Source: Podarcis erhardii (lineage: Eukaryota). From it: a stretch of 64,000 bases of DNA. The notes under the pieces were generated by a model. The model ran no database searches, was not told where the DNA came from, and was given only the letters and a program-made list of their open reading frames with translations. The position numbers and the translations under genes were made by a program. Below are positions 13,362 to 23,878 of this stretch, piece by piece (position 1 is the first letter of the stretch; the number at the start of each line of letters is the position of its first letter). The stretch lies in the NCBI GenBank assembly GCA_964252035.1, contig OZ176204.1. The stretch is one strand, 5' to 3'.

Positions 13362-15104
13362 GGCTACATAGCAGAGGTGTCAGGGCAGCTATACCATGGC
13401 AGTTCTGTATTGAAGGCAGAGACCACTTTGTCCCTGTGTAGTGCCACCTTCATACATAGTGCTGCAATATAAATAGGGCAGGGCTGAGTAATGTATGATC
13501 CAGCAGCCTGATCCCAATACCTTAGCACTGTTGATCCGTTCTGAATCCTGAAGGTTTGGCCTTCACTGGCCCATATTGGCTGGAGGGCAATCAATCAATT
13601 TCAAGCAGCAATTATATGTCAAAGATGCACAAACTATGCACATCATTCGATGGTCATTATTATTCAGTGGTGTCCATAAATCTGTGGATTATATCCAAAA
13701 TTGTCGAGGTAACTAGAAATAACGTTGAATTAATGGCTTGTGTAGATGTGATTATAATTTCGGTCTTAGAAGATGCATTATACTGGATAATGTCAGCAGG
13801 TCATGGAAGTGCTTGCTGTTAAGGTAAAAGAGATTATGTTCCAGAGCTGGGATAGGAGGTCCTATTCACAAACTTGCATCACATTTCCATGTCAGCTACA
13901 GAGGCTGCCTGAGACTGTCATTCACAGGAATTGTCATGGAGTAATTCCAAAGATTTCCACTGGTACTTTTAGCGACTGTTTCCTGACACTTGAGTGGGTA
14001 TCAGATGTTTTGGCTATAGAGTGTGACATTTCACACATACAAATATTACCGTTAAAATCTGCCATGTGCCTAACTGCTACATTAAGGCTGAAATCCTAAA
14101 CACACTTACAAAGGAATAAATAACACTGAGATCAACAGTCCTTGCTTCTGATTAAACATGCTTAGGATCGTGATGCACAAAAGTAAGTCATAGTTGCCAA
14201 ATTCTGCAATGGCTTCTGTGCTCCCTCCCCCACCAAAAAAAGAAAAAGCTATGAAATTTGAAAGCAATCATAGTCTGCAGCATACGGATACCATTATGTG
14301 CACATTTTGTTTAATGTAATGTATTTACTCATTTGTTAAGAGGTTTACAAACAAAACCACGGTTATCCATGATTAGAAATCTCCAAAGCAAAACTAGCAA
14401 AACTTATTAAAAATAATATAAAATAACATAAAGCACACCATTAAGCGGGGGGGGGGGACACCCTAGGGGTGGTATTCTCCTAAATTCTACTCAGAGTAAC
14501 CACATTCAAATTGATGGCCCTAACTTAGGCATGTCCATTAATTTCAATGGGTCTACTATGAATAAAAGTTAGTGGAAGACAACCTCTAGTAACTACATTC
14601 ATCTGAGAAGCAGAAAGACAAAGAGGTGTGGTCATCAGGGCACCTGAAAGGGTCCTCTGGAAAAGGCTTTCCAGAAATGGAAAGAACAATGCAAACTTAT
14701 AGAAAGAGGTACGGTAGTTCTGCTTTGGACCAAGGGCAGAAAGAACATGGATGATGTAGGATACAACATACCCCAAAACAAATGAAATAAAGGAAAATGT
14801 GGGCAACACCTCACCACAACAAACAAAAAATCATTAAAAATTGGGGAAGGGGACTCACAGGCACCATGTTGGGTACTCCAGCATAGAAAATCGACCCCAA
14901 ATTTTCCCTGTCCTGGTTTATTTTCCTTTGGGATCCCCATGGCTGAAAAGTAAGCCTTCCTTGAGGCCAGCAGCATCAGAGTGGGAAATTCAAATCTGAA
15001 CCATAGGAGCAATGTGGACAGAGGAAGCACACACTGATGAGTTTGGTGCACACCATGTGCAAGAGAAGCCAGCAAATCAGGAAATAGCACTGCATCCAGC
15101 AGCA

Positions 15105-15471
15105 CACCCAAACAGTGGCGCTGTAGGTAAAAGCCTCAGCGCCTAGGGCTTGCCGATCGAAAGGTCGGCGGTTCGAATCCCCGCGGCGGGGTGCGCTCCC
15201 GTCGTTCAGTCCCAGCGCCTGCCAACCTAGCAGTTCGAAAGCACCCCCGGGTGCAAGTAGATAAATAGGGACCGCTTACCAGCGGGAAGGTAAACGGCGT
15301 TTCCGTGTGCTGCGCTGGCTCGCCAGATGCAGCTTTGTCACGCTGGCCACGTGACCCGGAAGTGTCTGCGGACAGCGCTGGCCCCCGGCCTCTTGAGTGA
15401 GATGGGCGCACCAACCCCAGAGTCTGTAAAGACTGGCCCGTACGGGCAGGGGTACCTTTACCTTTACCTTA
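15105..15471 (+). mobile_element. Full-length young Sauria SINE (Squam1)
   Basis: tRNA-like head (GTGGCGCTGTAGG; GGTTCGAATCC), central CCTGCCAACCTAGCAGTTCGAAAGCAC, 3' (ACCTTT)n tail; CpGs largely intact; possible AGCAGCA TSD. Confidence 0.93.
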
Positions 15472-17399
15472 AGCAGCAGTCAAGCAACTTGCACCAGCAG
15501 TATTATGATAGCTTGATTTCTGAGGCAAGATCCCAGTTCAAAATACTTGTCTCTTTCTCTCCTTTTCCTTTTGTTATTTGTGGGGAGACAGATGATTTTC
15601 ATATCTAGCTTCTAAACCACCTAACTCCACTTAGAGCTCTTTTCTAGCATTTCCACCGCAAAAAAGAGACAGCTGATCTGGCGCTGCTTTTATCCAGGAA
15701 TTACAACAGGGTGAGGGCTTTTACAGCATCTGATGAGTGACCGAGGCCTCCTAGACATCTCTCTGCCTACTGAATAGCTTTCTGACTGCCAGGCATTTGT
15801 GTGTGTTTTTTTTCTCCCAGTGAGTGAGAGGAGCCAAGCACAAACAACAGGCTCCTTGTTCAGGCACGCTTTTTTAGCCCAATGAGGTTGCCCTCTAGAA
15901 ATGCTTCTAAGTAAATACCTAAGCCAGCCCATCATGAGGTCTATATACAACCCTGCTTAGGATACAATACGTGCCACTGTAACATTTCATCTGTCAGCTG
16001 CCCTTACAACCACCTCTATTGTAACATAGATTCCACCTTCACTGGGGGATTTATGAAAGAATCAGAGGCAAAATCTAGGGGCTCTCTACATGGGAGAAGC
16101 ATGGAGAGCAAGAAAAACAAGTCTTTTTTTCTTCTAAAAGAGAGGCAGAGAGAGAGAGCAACAGAGACAGATGTGATCTAAAACATTTTTATAAGCTGCA
16201 AAAATAACAATGTAAAGAAAACCAGTTGTCAATTTATTTACAAAATCCAAAATAAACTGAAAGATAGAACAGGATAAAATATTCAGATATACGCCCAACA
16301 AGATTAAAAATAGTTCTGACTTAAAGTTATGCAATACTAGTTCAAAAACACACACACAAAAGACATTCATATTCTGTATTTGTTTAAGCCCCCTATATTT
16401 GGAATGTCAAAAATATGTTTGTGCGCAGGGATTAGTAGTACAGAATTCAAACAATCTCTACCTGAAACCTTAAGTGGTACATCTTTGGTATTATTGGGGA
16501 TTTTTTCTGAACACTTGCATCAGATTCTTTTGGTATCTCCAGAAGACACTAGGGCTTAAACCAACCATGTAAAATAGTCTCAGAAAGTTACTAGCCAGCA
16601 AAAACTTTACTCACATACTTTTTAGTCAAAGCTTGTGGAGGAGGAACAGAGCACAGTGTTTTTCCTTTTCCAGACCCGCTTGTGAGTAAAATGCAGGCAA
16701 GTAAAATATTTTACAGGCGACAAACACTGACAAAGGGGCACAAATTGCACCGACAAAGGGGCACAGAGTGATCTGTGCTTCTTCTGCCAGACCACATGAT
16801 TCCTGTGCTGAGCACCCTGCATGTTTAGGGGAGTGGTTAAAAGCAAGACTGGTGCAACTTTTGTGTCCTGCATATCCAGAAAGGACACATAGCAGGCTGG
16901 TGGTGGAAAGATGGAGTGATCCATGCCTCTGATATCAGCCCACTTGATTTCTATGCTGGACATGCAGCAAAGGGCTTTGTCTAGTACAGAAGTTCATCAG
17001 GCCAGCAAGAAAGGTATCTGGGTTGTTCTGCCCCTTTACCATCACTCACCATGTATGCACACCAGATGAGCTGTCATGCTCACCCAACCAGCTACCACTC
17101 CATTTCTGTGCTGGATGCATGGAAGAGGCAGCTGCTTTCTCCACATCCAATTTCTCCACCTGGCAATGGAGAAATTGATCCCTCTGTTCATTCACTACCA
17201 ACCTGCTACACTTCTGTGCTAGATATGCATGATGTTTGCCTACCAACAATGGCGGCAGCAGAGGGAAGGAGTGCTCCTTCCCTCTGGCACCAGCATGCTT
17301 AGTATCTGTGCACATAGGAAGGAACCTCATCTCCTGCATGTTTATATGGCAATGTAATGAGCTGTTAGAAGAAGGACAAAGCCTCTGGCAGCCCACATA

Positions 17400-17659
17400 C
17401 CGTATTTTTCGCTCTATTAAGACGCACCAGACCACAAGACACACCTAGTTTTTGGAGGAGGAAAACAAGAAAAAAAATATTCTTCATCTCAGAAGCCAGA
17501 ACAGCAAGAGGGATCGCTGTGAAGTGAAAGCAGCAATCCCTCTTGCTGTTCTGGCTTCTGGGATAGCTACGCAGCCTGCATTTGCTTCATAAGACGCACA
17601 CACATTTCCCCTTACTTTTTAGGAGGGAAAAAGTGAGTCTTATAGAGTAAAAAATACGG
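17400..17659. mobile_element. Tc2-like (Tc1/mariner superfamily) MITE
   Basis: TA TSD (17398-17399, 17660-17661); TIRs CCGTATTTTTCGCTCTATTAAGAC / GTCTTATAGAGTAAAAAATACGG; 30-bp internal hairpin at 17490-17560. Confidence 0.85.
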
Positions 17660-17789
17660 TAGTTTCTATGCTGCACATGGAGGAGGCCAAAGTGCCTTCT
17701 TCCATACCCAGCATAGAAATGCAGTGGGCTATCAAGAGTCCTCTACTCATCTTCTGGCAGCCTGCTTGATTTCAGTGGTAGGCAGGGAG

Positions 17790-17868
17790 GAGAGCCCTAT
17801 TGAATCAGATCAAAGGTCCATCTAGTCAAGCATTCTGTTCTCACAGTGGCCAATCAGATGTCTGTGGG
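17790..17868 (-). mobile_element. Degenerate SINE/CR1-related 3' fragment
   Basis: GGTCCATCTAGTCAAGCATTCTGTTCTCACAGTGGCCAATCAGATG, reverse complement of the repeat family at 2285-2345. Confidence 0.55.
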
Positions 17869-18207
17869 TATTTGCTGGTAAACATCATCCTTCTGACAGC
17901 CCACTCACTCATCTATATGCAGTATTGCTATCTATGCTAACCAGGGGTGTGGTTAAAAGCCAACATCTGGAGCATGTACAAAGCTAGGCACTTTTATCCA
18001 TTTTGGAGTAGCCACTGACCAACGTATAATGTTTTAAACCAAGCTGTAATCTGTTTTGATGAAGGGCAGTTTATAGATATTAAAATTAATATATTAATGC
18101 TTCTTTCTCCCGTGTCCCCTCATCATGGATTAGAATGTGCAAATGGCAGTCAGATCCTTCCCTACTCACCACCAATGAACATTATCAAGGATAAAGTAAG
18201 GCTTATA

Positions 18208-18456
18208 CAGTCATACCTCAGGAATACGCTTTGGGTTAGGCATTTTCAGGTTGCGCTCCACAGCGACCCAGACGTAACAGAGCGCATTATTTCTGGGTTT
18301 CGCCACGTGCGCATGTGCAGACCGTCAAAATGACGTCACACGCATGCGCAGAAGCACCGAAACGTGACCCTCGCACGCGCAGACACGGGTTACGTTCACT
18401 TCGAGATGCGAACGGGGCTCTGGAATGGATCCCGTTTGCATCCCGAGGTACCACTG
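18208..18456. mobile_element. Tigger/pogo-like MITE
   Basis: TA-flanked TIRs CAGTCATACCTC ... GAGGTACCACTG; CpG-rich interior. Confidence 0.8.
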
Positions 18457-18513
18457 TATCTGCATGCTCCCTTCAAAACCCATGTCTCTTTTTGCATTCA
18501 GGTATTCATAACA

Positions 18514-18607
18514 AACGCCAGCTCCCTCAGCCAGTAAAGCAAGATGAGCACCGCAACCCCAGAGTCGTTCACGACTGGACTTAACTGCCAGGGGTCCCTT
18601 TACCTTT
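18514..18607 (+). mobile_element. 5'-truncated Sauria SINE
   Basis: GCTCCCTCAGCCAGTAAAGCAAGATGAGCACCGCAACCCCAGAGTC...GGGGTCCCTTTACCTTT; matches the reverse complement of 23644-23740. Confidence 0.85.
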
Positions 18608-19283
18608 TTTATTCATAACGAAGTACAAGCTGCAACATAAGAAGTGGCCCCCAAATCTGGGCCAGCAGAGAAAATCAGACTCTCAGGCTGCAGCAGCTGT
18701 GCATACAGAGGACTGCTAGCCATGAGCCCCACCATCCAGCGATTTCCCACAAACAAGAGTTACCTAATGCTATCCATTTTCAAGTGCAACTATTTTCAAT
18801 TAAAACTTATATAGCCTGGCACAGAGAAGCTGAGCTTGAAGAGAATGCAGCTACCTTTTCAAGAGTTAAGATACCTATGTAAAGTACACTTCAAATTAGA
18901 AACAGATTGATTCCTGGGCAGAAAAAGGCTGTAAACGGTGTAGGGGATTATTTCAATCACAAGGCAGGCAGTCTCAGCCAAGAACCACAAGCGGAGATAA
19001 GTGAAAGGGTGTTGCAGGTTTGCACTGAACAGCAACCTCAAATTCCAGCCACAAATGTATTTTCAGACTGATGAACGATGGAAGCATTTTTAAGGCACAA
19101 AAAAGGGAATGGTTTGAAGGAGATCTGTGCAGTTCAGCAAATCAGTCTTAGGTTTGTGCATGTATCTCCATTTATTGGGCTAACCCTGGATAGACCCCAA
19201 CAGCCCTACAGCTCCCTTCCCTCTTTCTCTTGTAGCAACTCTATGCTAGCTTCCTCTCACAGCATGCTTTCCTAGGCTTAGGC

Positions 19284-19595
19284 CAGGGGCCAGCAAACTT
19301 TTTCAGCAGGGGGCCAGTCCACTGTCCCTCAGACCTTGTGGGGGGCCATACCATGGGGGGGGGAATGAATGAATTCCTATGCCCAACAAATAACCCAGAG
19401 ATGCATTAAAAAAAACAACAACACACACGTGTAAAAACACCAGACAGGCCCCACAAATCACCCAGAAATGCATTTTTAATAAAAGGACACATTCTACTCA
19501 TGTAAAAACACACTGATTCCCGGACTGTCCGCCGGCCGGATTGAGAAGGCGATTGGGCTGGATCCGGACCCTGGGCCTTAGTTTGCTAACCCATG
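19284..19595. mobile_element. hAT MITE, copy 1 of a tandem pair (with internal ~70 bp duplication)
   Basis: TIRs CAGGGGCCAGCAAAC ... GTTTGCTAACCCATG; homologous to 19602-19851 and 33332-33466. Confidence 0.85.
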
Positions 19596-19601
19596 CTCTA
19601 A

Positions 19602-19851
19602 CAGGAGTCAGCAACCTTTTTCAGCAGGGGGCCAGTCCACTGTCCCTCAGACCTTGTGGGGGGCCAGACTATATATTGAAGAAGAAAAAGAACTAATTCC
19701 TATGCCCCACAAATAACCCAGAGATGCTTTTTAAATAAAAGCACACATTCTACTCATGTAAAAACATGCTGATTCCCGGACCGTTCATGGGCTGGATTGA
19801 GAAGGTGACTGGGCCGCATTCGGCCCATGGGCCTTAGTTTGCCTACCCATG
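19602..19851. mobile_element. hAT MITE, copy 2 of a tandem pair
   Basis: TIRs CAGGAGTCAGCAACC ... GTTTGCCTACCCATG; same orientation as copy 1. Confidence 0.85.
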
Positions 19852-20063
19852 GTTTAGGCTGTCCCAACATTCATCCTGGACATGCACCCCCACTACCACC
19901 TCCACCCAGTTCACCAATGTGTTATCTTCTCCATTGCCCCTATTTCCTTAATGAATGTGACCTGTTTTAACACTACTACTGTTTGCCATGTTGCTAGTTT
20001 CCAGAGTCCCAAATTACCTCTCCACAGATTTGCAAAAATGGCTGGAGAGGCTAGAACTAAAGC

Positions 20064-20090
20064 TATATATATATATATATATATATATAT
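20064..20090. repeat. (TA)n, left flank of PLE
   Basis: Direct reading. Confidence 0.95.
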
Positions 20091-20750
20091 GCAGGTTTTG
20101 GTGTCCTCGGGTGTCTTCCCGTGTAAAAGTTGGGGTGTCTAGGCGACGTTTCGACGAGGTCTCACTCGTCATCTTCAGGCTGGTGCTTTCGGCTTCTTGT
20201 TACTGGAACAGAGCAGGATCTCAGTGTTTGAGTTCCTATAAATACTGTAGAGGGGGTGTGGTGTATAGCCTCCAATGTTCTGGGCAGAGAGGAAGTTCCC
20301 AGGCTAGTGTGCCTTTTCTTCTTTTGTTCCTTAATTACTTGAGAGATATCTTGAGTGATTTCTTGAGTGATATCCTGAGTACCACTTAGGTGGGTCATTA
20401 GGTGTGGATTAGTTGTTAAAGTCTTTGTGTCTTGACCTCTTGAACTTTGTGAAGAGTTTTCCTGAGAAGATGGCTGTACTGTACTTAGTTGTGCTCTGGC
20501 TTGGCTTCGTGTATAGGGGCGAGCTGTGGTTTTGTGGCTTGTGTCAGCCAGATCTGTGTAGGGATTGCAGGGGGGTGCAGCATCCGGAGGTGCCACCATG
20601 GATTGGCTACTGGATGGTGTCTGTAATTCATCTGTGGAGAGGGTCTGGGTTTGGGTCTGGTGTGGTTGATTGGTGTTGGCGTTCTGTGTGCCTCTGGATC
20701 TGGTGTCAGTTTTTGTACCCGTCAGCCTGTACCCGTGAAAATCTACGAAA

Positions 20751-20752
<2 letters not shown>
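20091..20752 (-). mobile_element. Penelope-like element 3' fragment (Poseidon-type, inferred) inserted in an (AT)n tract
   Basis: Low-complexity T/Q/S/P-rich reading frame open across the fragment and ending ...HQPEDDE* inside the CTGAAGATG...CGAAACGTC motif typical of PLE pseudo-LTRs; flanked by (TA)n 20064-20090 and (AT)n 20753-20796. No RT or GIY-YIG domain present. Confidence 0.8.
20139..20185 (-). ncRNA. Minimal type I hammerhead ribozyme motif within the PLE
   Basis: Minus strand: CUGAAGA (20178-20172), U, stem II GACGAG/CUCGUC with UGAGAC loop, GAAAC, GUC cleavage triplet (20147-20145). Stem III is palindromic ACGU; stem I is weak (2 canonical bp). Confidence 0.7.

Positions 20753-20796
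<44 letters not shown>
20753..20796. repeat. (AT)22, right flank of PLE
   Basis: Direct reading. Confidence 0.97.
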
Positions 20797-20799
<3 letters not shown>

Positions 20800-23643
20800 T
20801 GCAGCAGGAGTGAGGGTGGTTTCCAAGTCAAAAATTCCCTCCGTTCTATTGACATGATAACCTTGCATTTATCAGTCAGTACTTTCTAGCATTCCTCTGG
20901 AGCTACTGCCAATTTGCTTCTCATCTCTCGCCATTAAGCTTAAAGGTAAGTGTGTGGAGTAATTGAGACCTGAATTTCGCAAACTGGGTCCCTTAAGGCT
21001 ACTGGCTTTCATCAGATCCAGAGTGCTGTCCCAAAACATACACAATGAAATAATTTTTGAATAATATTGTTACAGGAGAAAAACTGAGGGAACCATCATG
21101 GGGCAAGCTTTCCACCTGTCTTGCCCCACCTCAACCCCTGCCTGAGATTCTTATAAGGAAGACATACTGAAGTATTTACTCTTGTTCTCGCTAGCATTTT
21201 TCTGGGGACTGCACTTTGCCTTGTGGGCATGAACATGCATGTATTTGGTCTTAATATTTTTTGACATTTTAAAATTTAGGTTTGAATCGTCGTTTGTATT
21301 GTTTGTGTCTGAAAAAAGGCCTTGGGGCCCCCTTTTTTGGCCAAATGGTGGCATATTAATAAACAGTAATAAAACATAACAAAAAGCTCTTCTCAAGCCA
21401 TTTTCTGAAGGAACAGAATGGCCTTCCAAAGTCCACCAGGGATAATCCTCATTGGCCTGTTTTGGGAAACAAACTGTAGCAAGTCTCATTCTTGCACTGT
21501 CTTCCTCTTTCATTCACTAGCAGAAGAAACCAAAAGCATATGGTTCCAGTTTTAAGCAAACCATAGATCCCCATTGCAGTTGAACTCTGTTAACATTGGT
21601 TGGTTCAAACCATAGTTAGCAAGAGGCTGATTTCAAGTCATATTTTCACAAATGTAAATAACACTGCATACTTTACTCCAATTGCAAAATTTAAAGGTTT
21701 TTGTACTGCAATCTCTACGGCACAACCTCCGATCCAAAGCAGTTACAATAATTCAAAATAAATATCACCTGTCTAGTCGGCAATCAGATAAAGGTGGTCT
21801 AGCTAGGAGCAACACTAGCCGAGAAGCTGAGGACATGAAATATTAAGGGGTACAAAGAATTTCCTACACTACTAGATGGAAAGAGACAGTGCTTGCTGAT
21901 TCATACTGCCGTTATTCCAATTTCAAATTATCTAGTTTCTCTTGTCCTCTTATTACACTTATCAGCCAAATAAAATAAACAGTGATGCAGAGAACAATGG
22001 CCTTAATAGCTTAATGAGCAGAGTGTCTTGAAAAGTACAGTGAAGAGCCTTCCTCAGCTATCAGAGTCATTGAGACTAAAATAAACTTCCAAGTCCTTGG
22101 AATCTGGAGACTGTTGCATGATAAACATGTGAGTCAACTGTTTCCAACAGGCTTCGTAGCTGGCTAGGCAGAGCCTGTTGCACCAGCCTAACTCTTTATA
22201 TTAGGATGCATTGACCTTGCAGTTTCATAATCAATGATCTGGGACTGTTCAAAAATTTTTCAAGACAAGGCCCCAGAAATATTTCCCAGTTTTAAGGCAT
22301 CTTAAATCAAAGATGAGTGGAGTGTTGAATTTGCCACCTATGTCCAAATATCACCCAATATAAATGAGATTCTGTTCAACTCCTCTACACTGGACACATT
22401 ATCTATCCAGCTACCACTAAGCATACACACATACTTTAATATGTATTATATCACCCATACACTGTCTCTATAGTGTCCAGAAAGATAGGAAAGGTTATAC
22501 ACAACAGACAAGGACTCTGATTTTCACCATGGCAACCAGCTTATTTATAATGTGGCCTACCTTCATCAAAGCACAGCAAAAAAAACACAAACCTAAATGC
22601 AAGTGTAGTGGTACATTCAAGTACTGAGATGAAGAAGCTTGCATAAGCATGTAAATGAACTGCTTCCATTACATTATATGTACAATTATTAGCATTTACT
22701 CTTGGATATTCCTTCTCCTTTTTAGCCCAGGTAAAAGTAATAGGGAGAAAAAATAATTATTAAAGGTTCAAGTACATATCTGCATCAAAGGTAGGAGACC
22801 TCCTTAGAGTGCTTGCTTTTAAAAGGGACAACTTCAGCACTGGAAAGGGAAGATATAGAAGATGGTGGTTAGGCAGCAGGGAAGCAGGTAGATACAGTGA
22901 CATGTTCCTTACAGGAATCAGAAATAAAAAAGATGATCTATCCATGAGAAACTACATTGTGTCTGGCACAAAACTTCTGGGATTTCAAGCGAAAGCGTCT
23001 ATTTCAAGGCAAGTAACACCAAATCACAAAAACTAATTGATACTGTTAATTGGAAACTACGCAAAGCATTTTCCAATGAAACTATTGTTTTACGTGAGTA
23101 GCTACTTCCTGGGATATTCAAAGTGGCAGCTTAACAAATCACGGATAGTAAAAATGTACTCACCCTATTATTTGTTTTGTCAACAACATGTCAGTAGCTT
23201 CTTCTGACTGGTTCTAAGTCTTAGCATATAGAATGTGTGAACACTCAGGGAAAAGCACAAGCTTTCTTAAGAGATAATCCTTTGTGAAAAGGTGCATAAA
23301 CAACCTTTCCATATGAAAGAAATGAGTCAGAAAGCAGGGGAAAGGTCTACCAGGATTTCTTTATACTGACTGATCTAACAAAAAAAGAAATACAATTAGG
23401 TTTCTGAAGAATTTCTCTCTCTACTACTGTAAATAAGTTGGTAATTGTATAACACCAATCTCTGTTTGTTGCTTTTTGGCTTTAAGATATTCTAATCAAC
23501 AGGAAACTTCCTAATCTCTTTGTTCTGGTCAGACATTAAGACAAGATACTAAAAGGAGTGATAAAAATCGGGTGTGATCAACCAAACTCTAGATGTGGAG
23601 GTTACTGGAAGTTAATATATTTTCAAGTGATGAGTTTCTTACT

Positions 23644-23878
23644 TAAAGGTAAAGGTAAAGGGACCCCTGACCATTAGGTCCAGTAGTGGCTCTGGGGTTG
23701 CGGCGCTCATCTTGCTTTATTGGCTGAGGGAGCCGGCGTACAGCTTCCGGGTCATGTGGCCAGCATGACTAAGCCGCTTCTGGCGAACCAGAGCAGCACA
23801 CAGAAACGCTGTTTACCTTCCCGTCGGAGTGGTACCTATTTATCTACTTGCACTTTGACGTGCTTTCGAACTGCTAGG
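23644..23878 (-). mobile_element. 5'-truncated Sauria SINE
   Basis: Starts TAAAGGTAAAGGTAAAGGGACCCCTG (tail, reverse complement) and extends to TTTCGAACTGCTAGG. Confidence 0.92.

Noticed and set aside
13556-14099. Two adjoining plus-strand ORFs as a possible frameshifted pseudogene
   Set aside because: No recognisable protein family; lengths are within chance expectation.
17259-17286. 13-bp perfect hairpin CAGAGGGAAGGAG/CTCCTTCCCTCTG
   Set aside because: Short, and its context resembles decayed MITE interiors; no evidence of independent function.
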